The notes beneath the pieces are model-generated. The model was not told the DNA's origin and searched no databases. It saw only the letters and a list, made by a program, of their open reading frames with translations. Below, one piece after another: positions 30,625 to 39,507 of a stretch of 64,000 nucleotides of DNA (position 1 is the stretch's first letter; every line of letters begins with the position of its first letter). Position numbers and translations under genes: made by a program. Origin of the DNA: an uncultured Poribacteria bacterium (GTDB lineage Bacteria > Poribacteria > WGA-4E > WGA-3G); the NCBI GenBank assembly GCA_958296135.2, contig CATQHZ020000001.1, positions 256,001 to 320,000 on the forward strand, read 5' to 3'.

Positions 30625-31512
30625 GTGGACAGAAAGCAAATTATCCAAAAATTTCAGACCTTGAATTTGTGGAAAAGAGGCGGAGAAAGGGCACCCCACA
30701 AACCTCTGTTGGTTCTGTATGCTATCGGGAAATTGCTGCGCGGTGAGGACAGGCTCATTCCGTACTCCGATGTAGAGAAAAATTTCAAAAATTTACTGAG
30801 CGAGTTTGGCCCGAGGCGCAACTTTTATCTCGCCCAATTCCCGTTTTGGCGGTTGCAAAATGACGGAGTTTGGGAGGTATCCGATGCCGACAAAATTGGG
30901 CAAAGTTCCAGTGGCGATGCCTACATAACCGATTTGCGACGTTATGATGTCACTGGTGGATTTCTTGAACCTATCGCCAACCAACTTCTGAACGACGCGA
31001 AACTGGCTTTTGAAATCGTTCAGAACTTGCTAGACGCTCATTTCCCGTCAACTCTCCATGAGGACATTCTTCAAACCGTGGGGATCGAGTTGCCTCTTCA
31101 AGTTTCGCCGCGGCAAACGCGCGATCCGCACTTCCGAGAGAACGTCTTAAAAGCGTATGAGTATAAATGCGCAGTCTGCGGCTTCGACGTGAAGTTGCGC
31201 CATCAGCCAGTTGCGTTAGAAGCCGCCCATATCAAATGGCATCAGGCAGGCGGTCCCGATATCGAAGTGAACGGACTGGCACTCTGCTCGCTGCACCATA
31301 AGTTGTTCGACCGTGGGGTTTTCACGCTATCCGAGCATTTGGAAGTGCTAGTATCCGAGTATGCCAACGGATCCGTGGGGTTTGAGGAATGGCTGATGCG
31401 GTTTCACGGTAGAACCATCAACTTTCCACAGCGGCACTCATATTATCCGCAAGGGAATTTCATCGGTTGGCACATGAAAGAGGTATTTAAAGGTGCTTCT
31501 CGCGAATTGTGA
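30625..31512 (+). CDS. SBD-HNH endonuclease (phosphorothioated-DNA-binding restriction endonuclease family)
   Basis: RAPHKPLL and FPFWRLQND (sulfur-binding domain); RDPHFR..VL.AY.YKCAVCG, EAAHIKW, NGLALCSLHHKLFDRG (HNH). Confidence 0.88.
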   Translation: MDRKQIIQKFQTLNLWKRGGERAPHKPLLVLYAIGKLLRGEDRLIPYSDVEKNFKNLLSEFGPRRNFYLAQFPFWRLQNDGVWEVSDADKIGQSSSGDAYITDLRRYDVTGGFLEPIANQLLNDAKLAFEIVQNLLDAHFPSTLHEDILQTVGIELPLQVSPRQTRDPHFRENVLKAYEYKCAVCGFDVKLRHQPVALEAAHIKWHQAGGPDIEVNGLALCSLHHKLFDRGVFTLSEHLEVLVSEYANGSVGFEEWLMRFHGRTINFPQRHSYYPQGNFIGWHMKEVFKGASREL

Positions 31513-31553
31513 CCGGCGATATCCGCTTGACTTTTCGGTGAGTCACTTTTTCC

Positions 31554-31582
31554 TTGACAGTGCTTTTCAAATATGATATAAT
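31554..31582 (+). promoter_or_regulatory. Sigma70 promoter
   Basis: TTGACA-17 nt-TATAAT with extended TG. Confidence 0.75.
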
Positions 31583-31999
31583 TTTATTGTTCCTTAATTT
31601 GATTCCACCGGGCGACGTTTCGACGGTTGCTGTCCAGCCAGACGAGACGTTGAAAATGGATTCTCGGTTTGGAAGATTTTGACGCAAACGGTGTTGAGAA
31701 ACTGAAAGGACAGTGGGCGAATTTCCTTACGCCGTCGCAAACTGAAGAAGAGCGCGACCGGATGTGGAAGCAGATTGAATCGAAGAAAGCCGCCATATCC
31801 GGGTAGTTCGATTTGAGTGGATGCCCTATTACGAGGTTCTGAGAGATAACTATGTTCATCTGCTGAACCTACGCGAATGCTATAATTGCCGGTAGGCGCG
31901 CTTTTTAAGTGTGCACGAACCACAAAGTACACGGTTACAAACCGCACCTACTGCTGCATCGTAGCAGAATCAAAATATGTTAACAAATGAGGTTAAGAA

Positions 32000-33205
32000 A
32001 TGCAAGAGTACGAATACGATGTTGCCTTGTCCTTCGCCGGTGAAGATCGGGAGCACGCAGCTTCGTTAGCCCGGCTCCTCAAAAACGATGGGTACTCGTT
32101 TTTTTATGACGATGATAAGCGTCCCGAAATGTGGGGCGAAAATCTTTATGATTACTTGTCAGCAGTCTATAAGGATAAAGCGCGCTACTGTGTAATGTTT
32201 ACGTCCAAACATTACGCTCATAAACTGTGGACGAATCTTGAACGGCAGAGCGCGCTAGCGAGAGCCTTTGAGGAGAAGAGGGCATATATTCTTCCAATCC
32301 GGCTTGATGGCACCGAAATCCCCGGAATCCCGCCGACGGTTAGTTATCTTGATTTGCGCGAAATGCCCATTACCGAAATCTATCAAGATTTGGTCGAGAA
32401 ACTATCGGGGGAACAACGGGAGCCAGCAACAGATTCATTGAGCACCGGCACCGTGGAGAGCGATCTCGGCGAATTTATGCTGCTAGGTCCGCCAGAAGGG
32501 ACGTTGTATTTCTTCCCTTTTCAAGATGTTCGCCGGCAGTCAGCAGAAATATCTTTTAATCTTCTTCCTCCGGAATCGCCTGAAGATGTTGCTTTCCTGC
32601 GGAAGTTGCAACAAGAGACTAGCGACAGATTCTTTCCTTGTGCATATCGCGACGATGCCGCGTGGGTAAAGCCGAAAGAGGTGGTTGAAACCATGACCGG
32701 CTGGGAACTCCTTCTTGAGATAAACAATCAAGGACAAAATTTCGACCCTTTCAGTCCTTTCAGTGAGATGACAGTCAACGGATTCGGCCCAGATCGGTTT
32801 GCCGAAATGCGGGCTCGAAGAATTCTCCTTGACGAAAAGGTGGATCCTATCAAACCAGGAGGCAGTCAACCTGTTGATTTCTTCAACCAAGAAAGGCTAG
32901 AACTTCATATTCGGGGATCACTTTCATCACTGCATGAGCATGGCATAGAAGTGTCTGCCTCGCCAATTCCGGGAATCTACCAGCAATATAGACAAACCCC
33001 AGAGCGATTCAGGAAGTTCGCGCGTTTGATTTCGGTTCTCTGCTTGAAATTGTCAAACACAGTCGAAGATATCTTCCAATTAGACTTGGAATTGTTAGAT
33101 TCGGCGCGATTGCGCATCAGATTTAAGGGCCGTCGTTCCCGGGTTGCTACAAACGTGCCACCCTCAATCCTTGAATTTGAGGGAATCTGCCCGCTCACCG
33201 AGTAG
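32000..33205 (+). CDS. TIR-domain protein with an uncharacterised C-terminal domain
   Basis: YDVALSFAGEDR, FFYD, WG.NL, S..Y..K.WTNLER (catalytic Glu), YILPIRLD. Confidence 0.9.
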   Translation: MQEYEYDVALSFAGEDREHAASLARLLKNDGYSFFYDDDKRPEMWGENLYDYLSAVYKDKARYCVMFTSKHYAHKLWTNLERQSALARAFEEKRAYILPIRLDGTEIPGIPPTVSYLDLREMPITEIYQDLVEKLSGEQREPATDSLSTGTVESDLGEFMLLGPPEGTLYFFPFQDVRRQSAEISFNLLPPESPEDVAFLRKLQQETSDRFFPCAYRDDAAWVKPKEVVETMTGWELLLEINNQGQNFDPFSPFSEMTVNGFGPDRFAEMRARRILLDEKVDPIKPGGSQPVDFFNQERLELHIRGSLSSLHEHGIEVSASPIPGIYQQYRQTPERFRKFARLISVLCLKLSNTVEDIFQLDLELLDSARLRIRFKGRRSRVATNVPPSILEFEGICPLTE

Positions 33206-33245
33206 ATGCAAGGCTGTCCCGCCGCCAGGGACAGCCTCCGCCCCC

Positions 33246-34031
33246 TCACTCCCCCAAAAGCCGCAACTTATTCGCATAAACCTGCCGATAATAAGCCGCA
33301 CGCTCTAGGGACACCGCCGCCGCCTCGTCTACCACCACAACCGCACGCGGATGCATCTGCAACACGGATGCCGGCACCGCCGCCGTAATCGGACCCTCTA
33401 CCGCCGCCGCAATCGCTGCCGCCTTAGACGCACCGTTCGCTAACAGCAAGCACTCTCTCGCCTCCATGATAGTCCCCACACCCATTGTAATCGCCAACGT
33501 CGGCACGGAATCGATAGCCCCGCCGAAATGTGGCGCGTTCGCCGCTAAGGTGCTTCGCGTTAACGTCTTAATCCGAGTGCGAGAACCGAGTGAAGAACTG
33601 GGCTCGTTAAACCCAATATGTCCCTCTCTGCCGATGCCGAGAATCTGGATATCGATGCCGCCTGCACGCGCAATCGCGGCTTCATAACGTTCACAGAACG
33701 CACCGTGGCCTTCCGCTGTGCTCTGCGGCAGATAGCGGTGCTCCTCCGGGATGTTGACGTGCCGGAAAAAGTGCGTCTCCATGAAGGTATGATAACTCGA
33801 CGGATGCGTCTTCGGGATGCCGACATACTCGTCAAGGTTGAAGGTAGTTACGGCTGAAAAATCGAGTCCTTCTTCCTTGTGCATCCGGACGAGTGCCTCG
33901 TAAAGTCCGATGGGTGTGCTACCCGTGGCGAGTCCCAGAACCAGTTCTGGTTTTTTGAGGAGCGCGCGCTTCACGATCTCGGCGGCGACAGAGACGAGGT
34001 GTGGATACGTCGGTTGAATGATAATTTCCAT
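33246..34031 (-). CDS. nagB: Glucosamine-6-phosphate deaminase
   Basis: LGLATGSTP, TFNLDEYVG, GHIGFNEP, AITMGVGTI. Confidence 0.96.
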   Translation of the reverse strand: MEIIIQPTYPHLVSVAAEIVKRALLKKPELVLGLATGSTPIGLYEALVRMHKEEGLDFSAVTTFNLDEYVGIPKTHPSSYHTFMETHFFRHVNIPEEHRYLPQSTAEGHGAFCERYEAAIARAGGIDIQILGIGREGHIGFNEPSSSLGSRTRIKTLTRSTLAANAPHFGGAIDSVPTLAITMGVGTIMEARECLLLANGASKAAAIAAAVEGPITAAVPASVLQMHPRAVVVVDEAAAVSLERAAYYRQVYANKLRLLGE

Positions 34032-34039
34032 TTTTTATA

Positions 34040-34265
34040 GAAAGCCCGCCTTTTTGAACGTAGGGTGGGGGCCTGTCCCCCGCCATGCCCGTTCAAGCCC
34101 AAAACCTTCGCGACAGACACGCCCCCTTTGAACCGTAGGGCGGGGGCCCGGCGATCGCTAATCGCCGAGGGTTTCCCCCGCCATGTTAGTTTGAGTCGAG
34201 AACGTTCGCGACAGACAGCCCGCCTTTTTGAACGTAGGGTGGGGGCCTGTCCCCCGCCATGCCCG
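34040..34265. repeat. REP-like cluster with a duplicated unit of about 49 bp
   Basis: AGCCCGCCTTTTTGAACGTAGGGTGGGGGCCTGTCCCCCGCCATGCCCG occurs twice, around a unit carrying a loop insert. Confidence 0.85.
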
Positions 34266-34277
34266 CTTATCCTGGTA

Positions 34278-35066
34278 TTACACAGCACCGGCGATGATGG
34301 TATCCATATCCTCGCTGATTTGATGGACAGTGCCTTCCGGGTTCTCGGCATCGACCGGAAGTTCCGCGGTGATATAGTCGTCGTAACCGATGTCCGCAAG
34401 TGCCGCCATAACAGCATTCCAATCGATGGTGCAGTCTTCGATCAGATAGGTCCATCGGCTGTCATCGGCATTGAACCCTTTCACGTGCACTTTGGAAATA
34501 CGGGAGCCTAGCGAACGGATCCAGTGCTGCGGGAAGCCGTATAGCACGATGTTGCCGACATCAAAATACGCCGTAACAGCAGGACTCTCGAATTCGTCAA
34601 GATAGCGAGCGAATTCCAGCGGGCTGAGCAGGAATTTATTCCAGACATTTTCTATCGCGATGGTGAGTCCCTTTTCGGTGGCATGCGGGCTCAACTTGCG
34701 GATTTCCATCTGCGAACGTTCATAAGCCGCTTCATAAGGCGTGGCATCGTTGACAACGGCAGGCACGAGCAACACGGTATCCGCGCCGATGGCCGTCGCT
34801 GTCTCCATCGAATCAAGCATCCCCTCGCGTGAGGCGGCGCGCACCGCTTCGTCAGCATCGGAGAGTGGGTAAGCCCAGTGTCTCGCGTTCATCACACTGA
34901 ACAACTCTATCCCGTGTTGCGCAGCAAGTTGTCTAGTCTGGAGCCGGTCTGCTGCATTCCCGAGCGTGCCGATTTCTACGCCATCAAATCCGGCGGCTTT
35001 TGCAAGTTTGAACCGGGCTTCGGTTGAATCGCCCGGCAGTGAACCGATACATATTCCTTTTCTCAT
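34278..35066 (-). CDS. Sugar phosphate isomerase/epimerase (xylose-isomerase-like TIM barrel)
   Basis: AGFDGVE, IENVWNKFL, YFDVGN, VHVK, GYDDYITAE. Confidence 0.88.
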   Translation of the reverse strand: MRKGICIGSLPGDSTEARFKLAKAAGFDGVEIGTLGNAADRLQTRQLAAQHGIELFSVMNARHWAYPLSDADEAVRAASREGMLDSMETATAIGADTVLLVPAVVNDATPYEAAYERSQMEIRKLSPHATEKGLTIAIENVWNKFLLSPLEFARYLDEFESPAVTAYFDVGNIVLYGFPQHWIRSLGSRISKVHVKGFNADDSRWTYLIEDCTIDWNAVMAALADIGYDDYITAELPVDAENPEGTVHQISEDMDTIIAGAV

Positions 35067-35080
35067 GCGTTTCCTCTTTC

Positions 35081-36034
35081 TTAACTCAACAACTTCAGAC
35101 ACATCACCTCCAACGCCAACGTCGCATTCGTGTTGGTGTTGTCAATCAGAGACTTCGTCTGAAAAATGGTTTGGATCGCCTGCTGGAGGCGCAACCGGGA
35201 ATAGCGCGGCACCAGCGCACGCAACTCCTCTAACGAATGGATATGCGTGATCAGTTCCGATGGCGCGCCTTGATGTAAAAAAAGCAAATCGCGATACCAC
35301 GTCACTAACTCAACCAGCCGCTCCGGTTCGTTCTTGAATTGCTCTGCAAACCGAAAGGCTGCCAGCAACTCAGGCGCCTTCAATATCTCCGGCACCTCTT
35401 GTGAGAAAGCATCTCCCTTTTCCAGCCGCGTGAGTGCCTTGCCGATAGCACCGCCTGCCGAGAGTGCGATAGCGGCGGCTTTTTCCGGATCCGCCGAAAA
35501 TCTGGCTATCAACACCTCGGTTAATTCTTCCGGCTGCATCGTATAGAATTGGAGAGTCTGGCATCGCGAACGCGTCGTCGGCAGCAGTGCCTCGATATTC
35601 GCAGTGAGAAGAATGAAGACCGAGGAGGCCGGCGGCTCCTCCAACGTCTTAAGCAGGCAATTCTCTGCCTCGGCATTCATCCGCTCCGCGTCCGTTACGA
35701 TATAGAACTTCCGACTCGCCTCCAGAGGTTCGTAGATAATCTGTCTTTGCAACTCGCGAATTTGCCCAATTTTCACCTGGCGCCCCTCCGGGCGGATGAA
35801 CCGCAGGTCTGGATGGTTGCCGGAGGCCACCTTACGACAGGCAAGGCATTTGCCGCACGCTACCGGCGGCTGCGCCTCTTGCTGGCAGAAAATGAGCCGC
35901 GCGAAATAGGTGGCTACCGTCTCTTTCCCGACACCCGACGGCCCGACGAAGAGATAGGCCCCCGCAATCCGGCCGGATGCGACGGTGCGTTGGAGTTGTT
36001 CTACGATGTGTTCGTGTCCGATAATGTCTTGCAT
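35081..36034 (-). CDS. holB: DNA polymerase III delta-prime subunit
   Basis: Start MQDIIGH. AYLFVGPSGVGK, Zn motif C..C..C..C, NHPD, NCLLKTLEEPP, T.RSRC; downstream of tmk. Confidence 0.93.
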   Translation of the reverse strand: MQDIIGHEHIVEQLQRTVASGRIAGAYLFVGPSGVGKETVATYFARLIFCQQEAQPPVACGKCLACRKVASGNHPDLRFIRPEGRQVKIGQIRELQRQIIYEPLEASRKFYIVTDAERMNAEAENCLLKTLEEPPASSVFILLTANIEALLPTTRSRCQTLQFYTMQPEELTEVLIARFSADPEKAAAIALSAGGAIGKALTRLEKGDAFSQEVPEILKAPELLAAFRFAEQFKNEPERLVELVTWYRDLLFLHQGAPSELITHIHSLEELRALVPRYSRLRLQQAIQTIFQTKSLIDNTNTNATLALEVMCLKLLS

Positions 36035-36104
36035 TTTTCTCTCATGCCGTGCAAGAAATCCACCCTTACAAAACGAGCACGGCGAAGGACAGGTTTCCCG
36101 CGCC

Positions 36105-36761
36105 CTACGGCGAAAGAAGCCTATCCTCGTCACGTAGCGTGGGCACTCGTCCCCCGCAAACCCGCTTTCGATATTCGGTTAAGAGCGCAGCGTGGACAGC
36201 GTCTGGGCAGCGCATTGCATCTATCAATTGCACGCGGTGCGGCTCCGCCTTCGCAACGGCGAGATACCCCTCGCGTACCTTGCGATGCAATTCCAACGCC
36301 TCCTTGTCTAACCGATTGCGTTGTAACTGCCGCTGCCGTCGCAACCCAATCTCAGGCGGCACATCCAACACAAACGTCAAATCGGGCGTGATACCACACG
36401 TCGCCGCCCGATTCAGTTCGTGAATGAGCGCGATGTCTAGCCCGCCGCGATACCCTTGATACGCGACGGTTGCATCGGTAAACCGGTCGCATATCACAAT
36501 CTTGTTCGCTTCTAACGCGGGACAGATGACCTGGGCGACGTGCTGCGCGCGCGCAGCGGCGATGAGCAGCAACTCAGTCGTCGCCGTTATCCCATCCGCC
36601 GTCAGAAAAATCTCGCGGATACGCTCGGAGATTGGGGTGCCGCCAGGTTCCCGCGTAACGATAACGTCAGAACCAAGCGCGTCTGCCAAGCGGCGCGCCT
36701 GCGTCGTCTTGCCCGCGCCTTCAACGCCTTCAAATGTGATGAAAAATCCGTGCTGTGCCAT
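36105..36761 (-). CDS. tmk: Thymidylate kinase
   Basis: FITFEGVEGAGKTTQ, TREPGGT, CDRF..ATVAYQG. Confidence 0.96.
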   Translation of the reverse strand: MAQHGFFITFEGVEGAGKTTQARRLADALGSDVIVTREPGGTPISERIREIFLTADGITATTELLLIAAARAQHVAQVICPALEANKIVICDRFTDATVAYQGYRGGLDIALIHELNRAATCGITPDLTFVLDVPPEIGLRRQRQLQRNRLDKEALELHRKVREGYLAVAKAEPHRVQLIDAMRCPDAVHAALLTEYRKRVCGGRVPTLRDEDRLLSP

Positions 36762-36921
36762 TTGAAACATTTTAGCATTTTGTGGTTTTCAATGTCAAGA
36801 TGAAAAATGTGTCTGAATACCGAAGAAAACTGAAACACTTCCGCAAAAAATTTGACAAATTCAAATGCTTCATGTTACTATATTCTAAAATCCGAAAATC
36901 TGATCTGACACTAGGAGAATT

Positions 36922-39507
36922 ATGAACCGGCCCCGCGCCAACATTTGGCAATTCAAAAATCCAGAGCTCGATGAGAGTTTCGCATTAGCGGCGGAACTCG
37001 GCGTATCGCTTATTGTCGCACAACTCCTGATTAACCGTGGGATGAAAACGGCAGCCGAAGCACGCACCTACCTCTACCCGAAGTTCGAGGATCTGCACGA
37101 ACCCTTTGAGATGGCAGACATGGAGAAGGCTGTCGAACGGATAAATCGCGCAATAAAACTCGGCGAGAAAATCTGTGTCTACGGCGACTATGACACCGAC
37201 GGCACCACTGCAACAGCCCTGCTGCTCAACGCGTTCCAGCATATCGACGTGCCTGTGGCATACTACATCCCGAATCGGTTTGATGACGGCTACGGGCTGA
37301 GCGAAAAGACAGTGGAAGCCGTGCGCAGCCAAGGCACGAACCTGCTCATTACCGTAGACTGCGGCATTAAGTCCGGGAAAGAGGTGGAACACGCGAATCA
37401 ACTGGGAATGGATGTAATTATCACAGACCATCACCAACCCGAGCCCGACGCGCGCCCGCCCGCGCATGCACTCATTTCACCGAAGGTTGAGGGAAATGAG
37501 TACCCTTACCTAGAACTCGCCGGGGTAGGGCTGGCGTTTAAGCTCGCGCAAGCATTGATACCAGACAATACGCCGGTTTTGAAATCGATGCTCGATCTGG
37601 TTGCACTCGGCACAGTTGTCGATATCGCACCGCTGACAGGAGAGAATCGGGTGCTGAGCCGCCTCGGATTGGAGGAACTCAATAAACGAGAACGCCCCGG
37701 CATCCGCGCATTATGCAACGTAGCCGGATTCAACGAAGGAAAACTCCTCGTCGGGCGCTCACTCTCTTTCGGACTCGGGCCACGGATTAATGCCGCCGGC
37801 AGACTTGACACAGCAACGAAGGTAGTTCAACTCCTCACCACTGACTCCGACGATGAGGCAAAACGGATCGCCGCGGAACTCAATGAGAAGAATCGGGCGC
37901 GCCGCGAATTGGAGACAAGCATCCGCGATAAGGCAGAAGAACTAATTCAAAAAAAGTTGGACGACGAAACGAAAGGCATCGTCATCGCAAGTGAGTGGGG
38001 AGATAAGGCGAAAGGCGTAGTCGGTATCGTCGCCGCACGCTTGATGGAAACCTACCATAAGCCGGTTTTTGTCTTCGCCATTGACGGCGAAGAATCAACC
38101 GGATCTGGACGCTGCATTGACGGGATGAATCTCGCCGACAGCTTAAACCACTGCGACCATTTGCTAGTGAAACATGGCGGACACGCGAAGGCAGCCGGCG
38201 CAACGCTGAAAACCGAAAATATCCCCAAATTTCAGCAGGCCTTCAACGAATACGCTTGCGAGAAACTGACAGACGAGCACCTCCAACCGAAATTGTTCTT
38301 GGATTTTGAAACCAATCTCTCGGAGTTAACGTTAGAGACGTTAGAAACCTTGACACAATTGGAACCTTTCGGGCGGGAAAACCCCGCGCCGCGCTTCGGC
38401 ACGCGCAACGTCAAACTCGCTGGCACTCCAACCCACATGGGAAGAGAGAAGCAGCACCTCAAGATGTCCGTTAACGACGGAACAGCGAAACGTTCCGCCA
38501 TTGCATGGCGCAGAGGCGAACATCTTATCACGTTTCAAGGACTCACTACGCCATTCAGCATTGCGTTTTCGCCGGAGATTAACGAATGGCGCGACACCCG
38601 CACCGTCCAACTAACTCTTGATGACTGGAAAATCAACGCGAACAGTCGCAGTGGAAAACGCAGCCTGTTTCCACCTGCTGTCGAAGGCAACGCAGAAGCC
38701 ATCGTCAAGGTAGTCGATGGACGCGGCAGGAATAAAAAGAACTACCTCTCGCAGTTGCTCACGCGCGACGAATCCAGTATCATCTACGTTCAAAACGCAG
38801 AGATGCTGGCACTCCTGCTCACACAGCTCATACCGGAGAAGGCAGAAGCCATCGCGCGGCATGACGAAACTACCTCCGAAGCGGAAGAAGCAGCGTTGTT
38901 GGAAAAATTGGCGCGCCGTGAAATTCGGGCAATCGCCTCAAGCGCAATTTTTTCTAAACCTGAACGGTTTCCTTTCGTCAAACATTTTGTCTTCTGCCAC
39001 TTGTCGCCGACAGCCGATGAGTTTTTCAAGCGATGTCAACCCGCCTTCGCCACTGAGGAGACTTCCGGACTGCATCTCATCTACACCGACGCGGATGTCG
39101 GGTTGATGGACAAGTGGATAGCGCAGAAGTATCCCGATGCCGCGGAATTACGGCAGTTATACAAGCACTTGCGGGACAGCATCGAAGACAACGGAACAGC
39201 CGGCTACCCGGTAGTGGACGCGCTAAACGGAACACCGGGCGCGACAGCAACTGTCCAGACAGGCATCACCATTTTCAAGGAACTGCAACTCTTTGAACTG
39301 AACGGGGAGCCAGAGAACGCGCGCATACAGCTGCTTCCACCGAAGCAACGCCGGTTGGAAGCCTCGCATACCTATCTGAAGGGCAAGTGGCTCAAAGAGA
39401 CAAGCCCAGCTTTTATTGCATTCCAACTGCAGGAAGATATCAAACCCATTTGGGAGCGGATAGACAATGAGTGTCGAAACGTTAATCAGCCAAATTCAGG
39501 ACTATAA
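36922..39507 (+). CDS. recJ: ssDNA exonuclease RecJ with C-terminal extension
   Basis: YGDYDTDG, ITVDCG, TDHH, GPRINAAGRL, GGHAKAAG. Confidence 0.96.
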   Translation: MNRPRANIWQFKNPELDESFALAAELGVSLIVAQLLINRGMKTAAEARTYLYPKFEDLHEPFEMADMEKAVERINRAIKLGEKICVYGDYDTDGTTATALLLNAFQHIDVPVAYYIPNRFDDGYGLSEKTVEAVRSQGTNLLITVDCGIKSGKEVEHANQLGMDVIITDHHQPEPDARPPAHALISPKVEGNEYPYLELAGVGLAFKLAQALIPDNTPVLKSMLDLVALGTVVDIAPLTGENRVLSRLGLEELNKRERPGIRALCNVAGFNEGKLLVGRSLSFGLGPRINAAGRLDTATKVVQLLTTDSDDEAKRIAAELNEKNRARRELETSIRDKAEELIQKKLDDETKGIVIASEWGDKAKGVVGIVAARLMETYHKPVFVFAIDGEESTGSGRCIDGMNLADSLNHCDHLLVKHGGHAKAAGATLKTENIPKFQQAFNEYACEKLTDEHLQPKLFLDFETNLSELTLETLETLTQLEPFGRENPAPRFGTRNVKLAGTPTHMGREKQHLKMSVNDGTAKRSAIAWRRGEHLITFQGLTTPFSIAFSPEINEWRDTRTVQLTLDDWKINANSRSGKRSLFPPAVEGNAEAIVKVVDGRGRNKKNYLSQLLTRDESSIIYVQNAEMLALLLTQLIPEKAEAIARHDETTSEAEEAALLEKLARREIRAIASSAIFSKPERFPFVKHFVFCHLSPTADEFFKRCQPAFATEETSGLHLIYTDADVGLMDKWIAQKYPDAAELRQLYKHLRDSIEDNGTAGYPVVDALNGTPGATATVQTGITIFKELQLFELNGEPENARIQLLPPKQRRLEASHTYLKGKWLKETSPAFIAFQLQEDIKPIWERIDNECRNVNQPNSGL

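Noticed and set aside
32000-33205. Thoeris system
   Set aside because: No ThsA (SIR2/Macro/TM) effector gene is adjacent.
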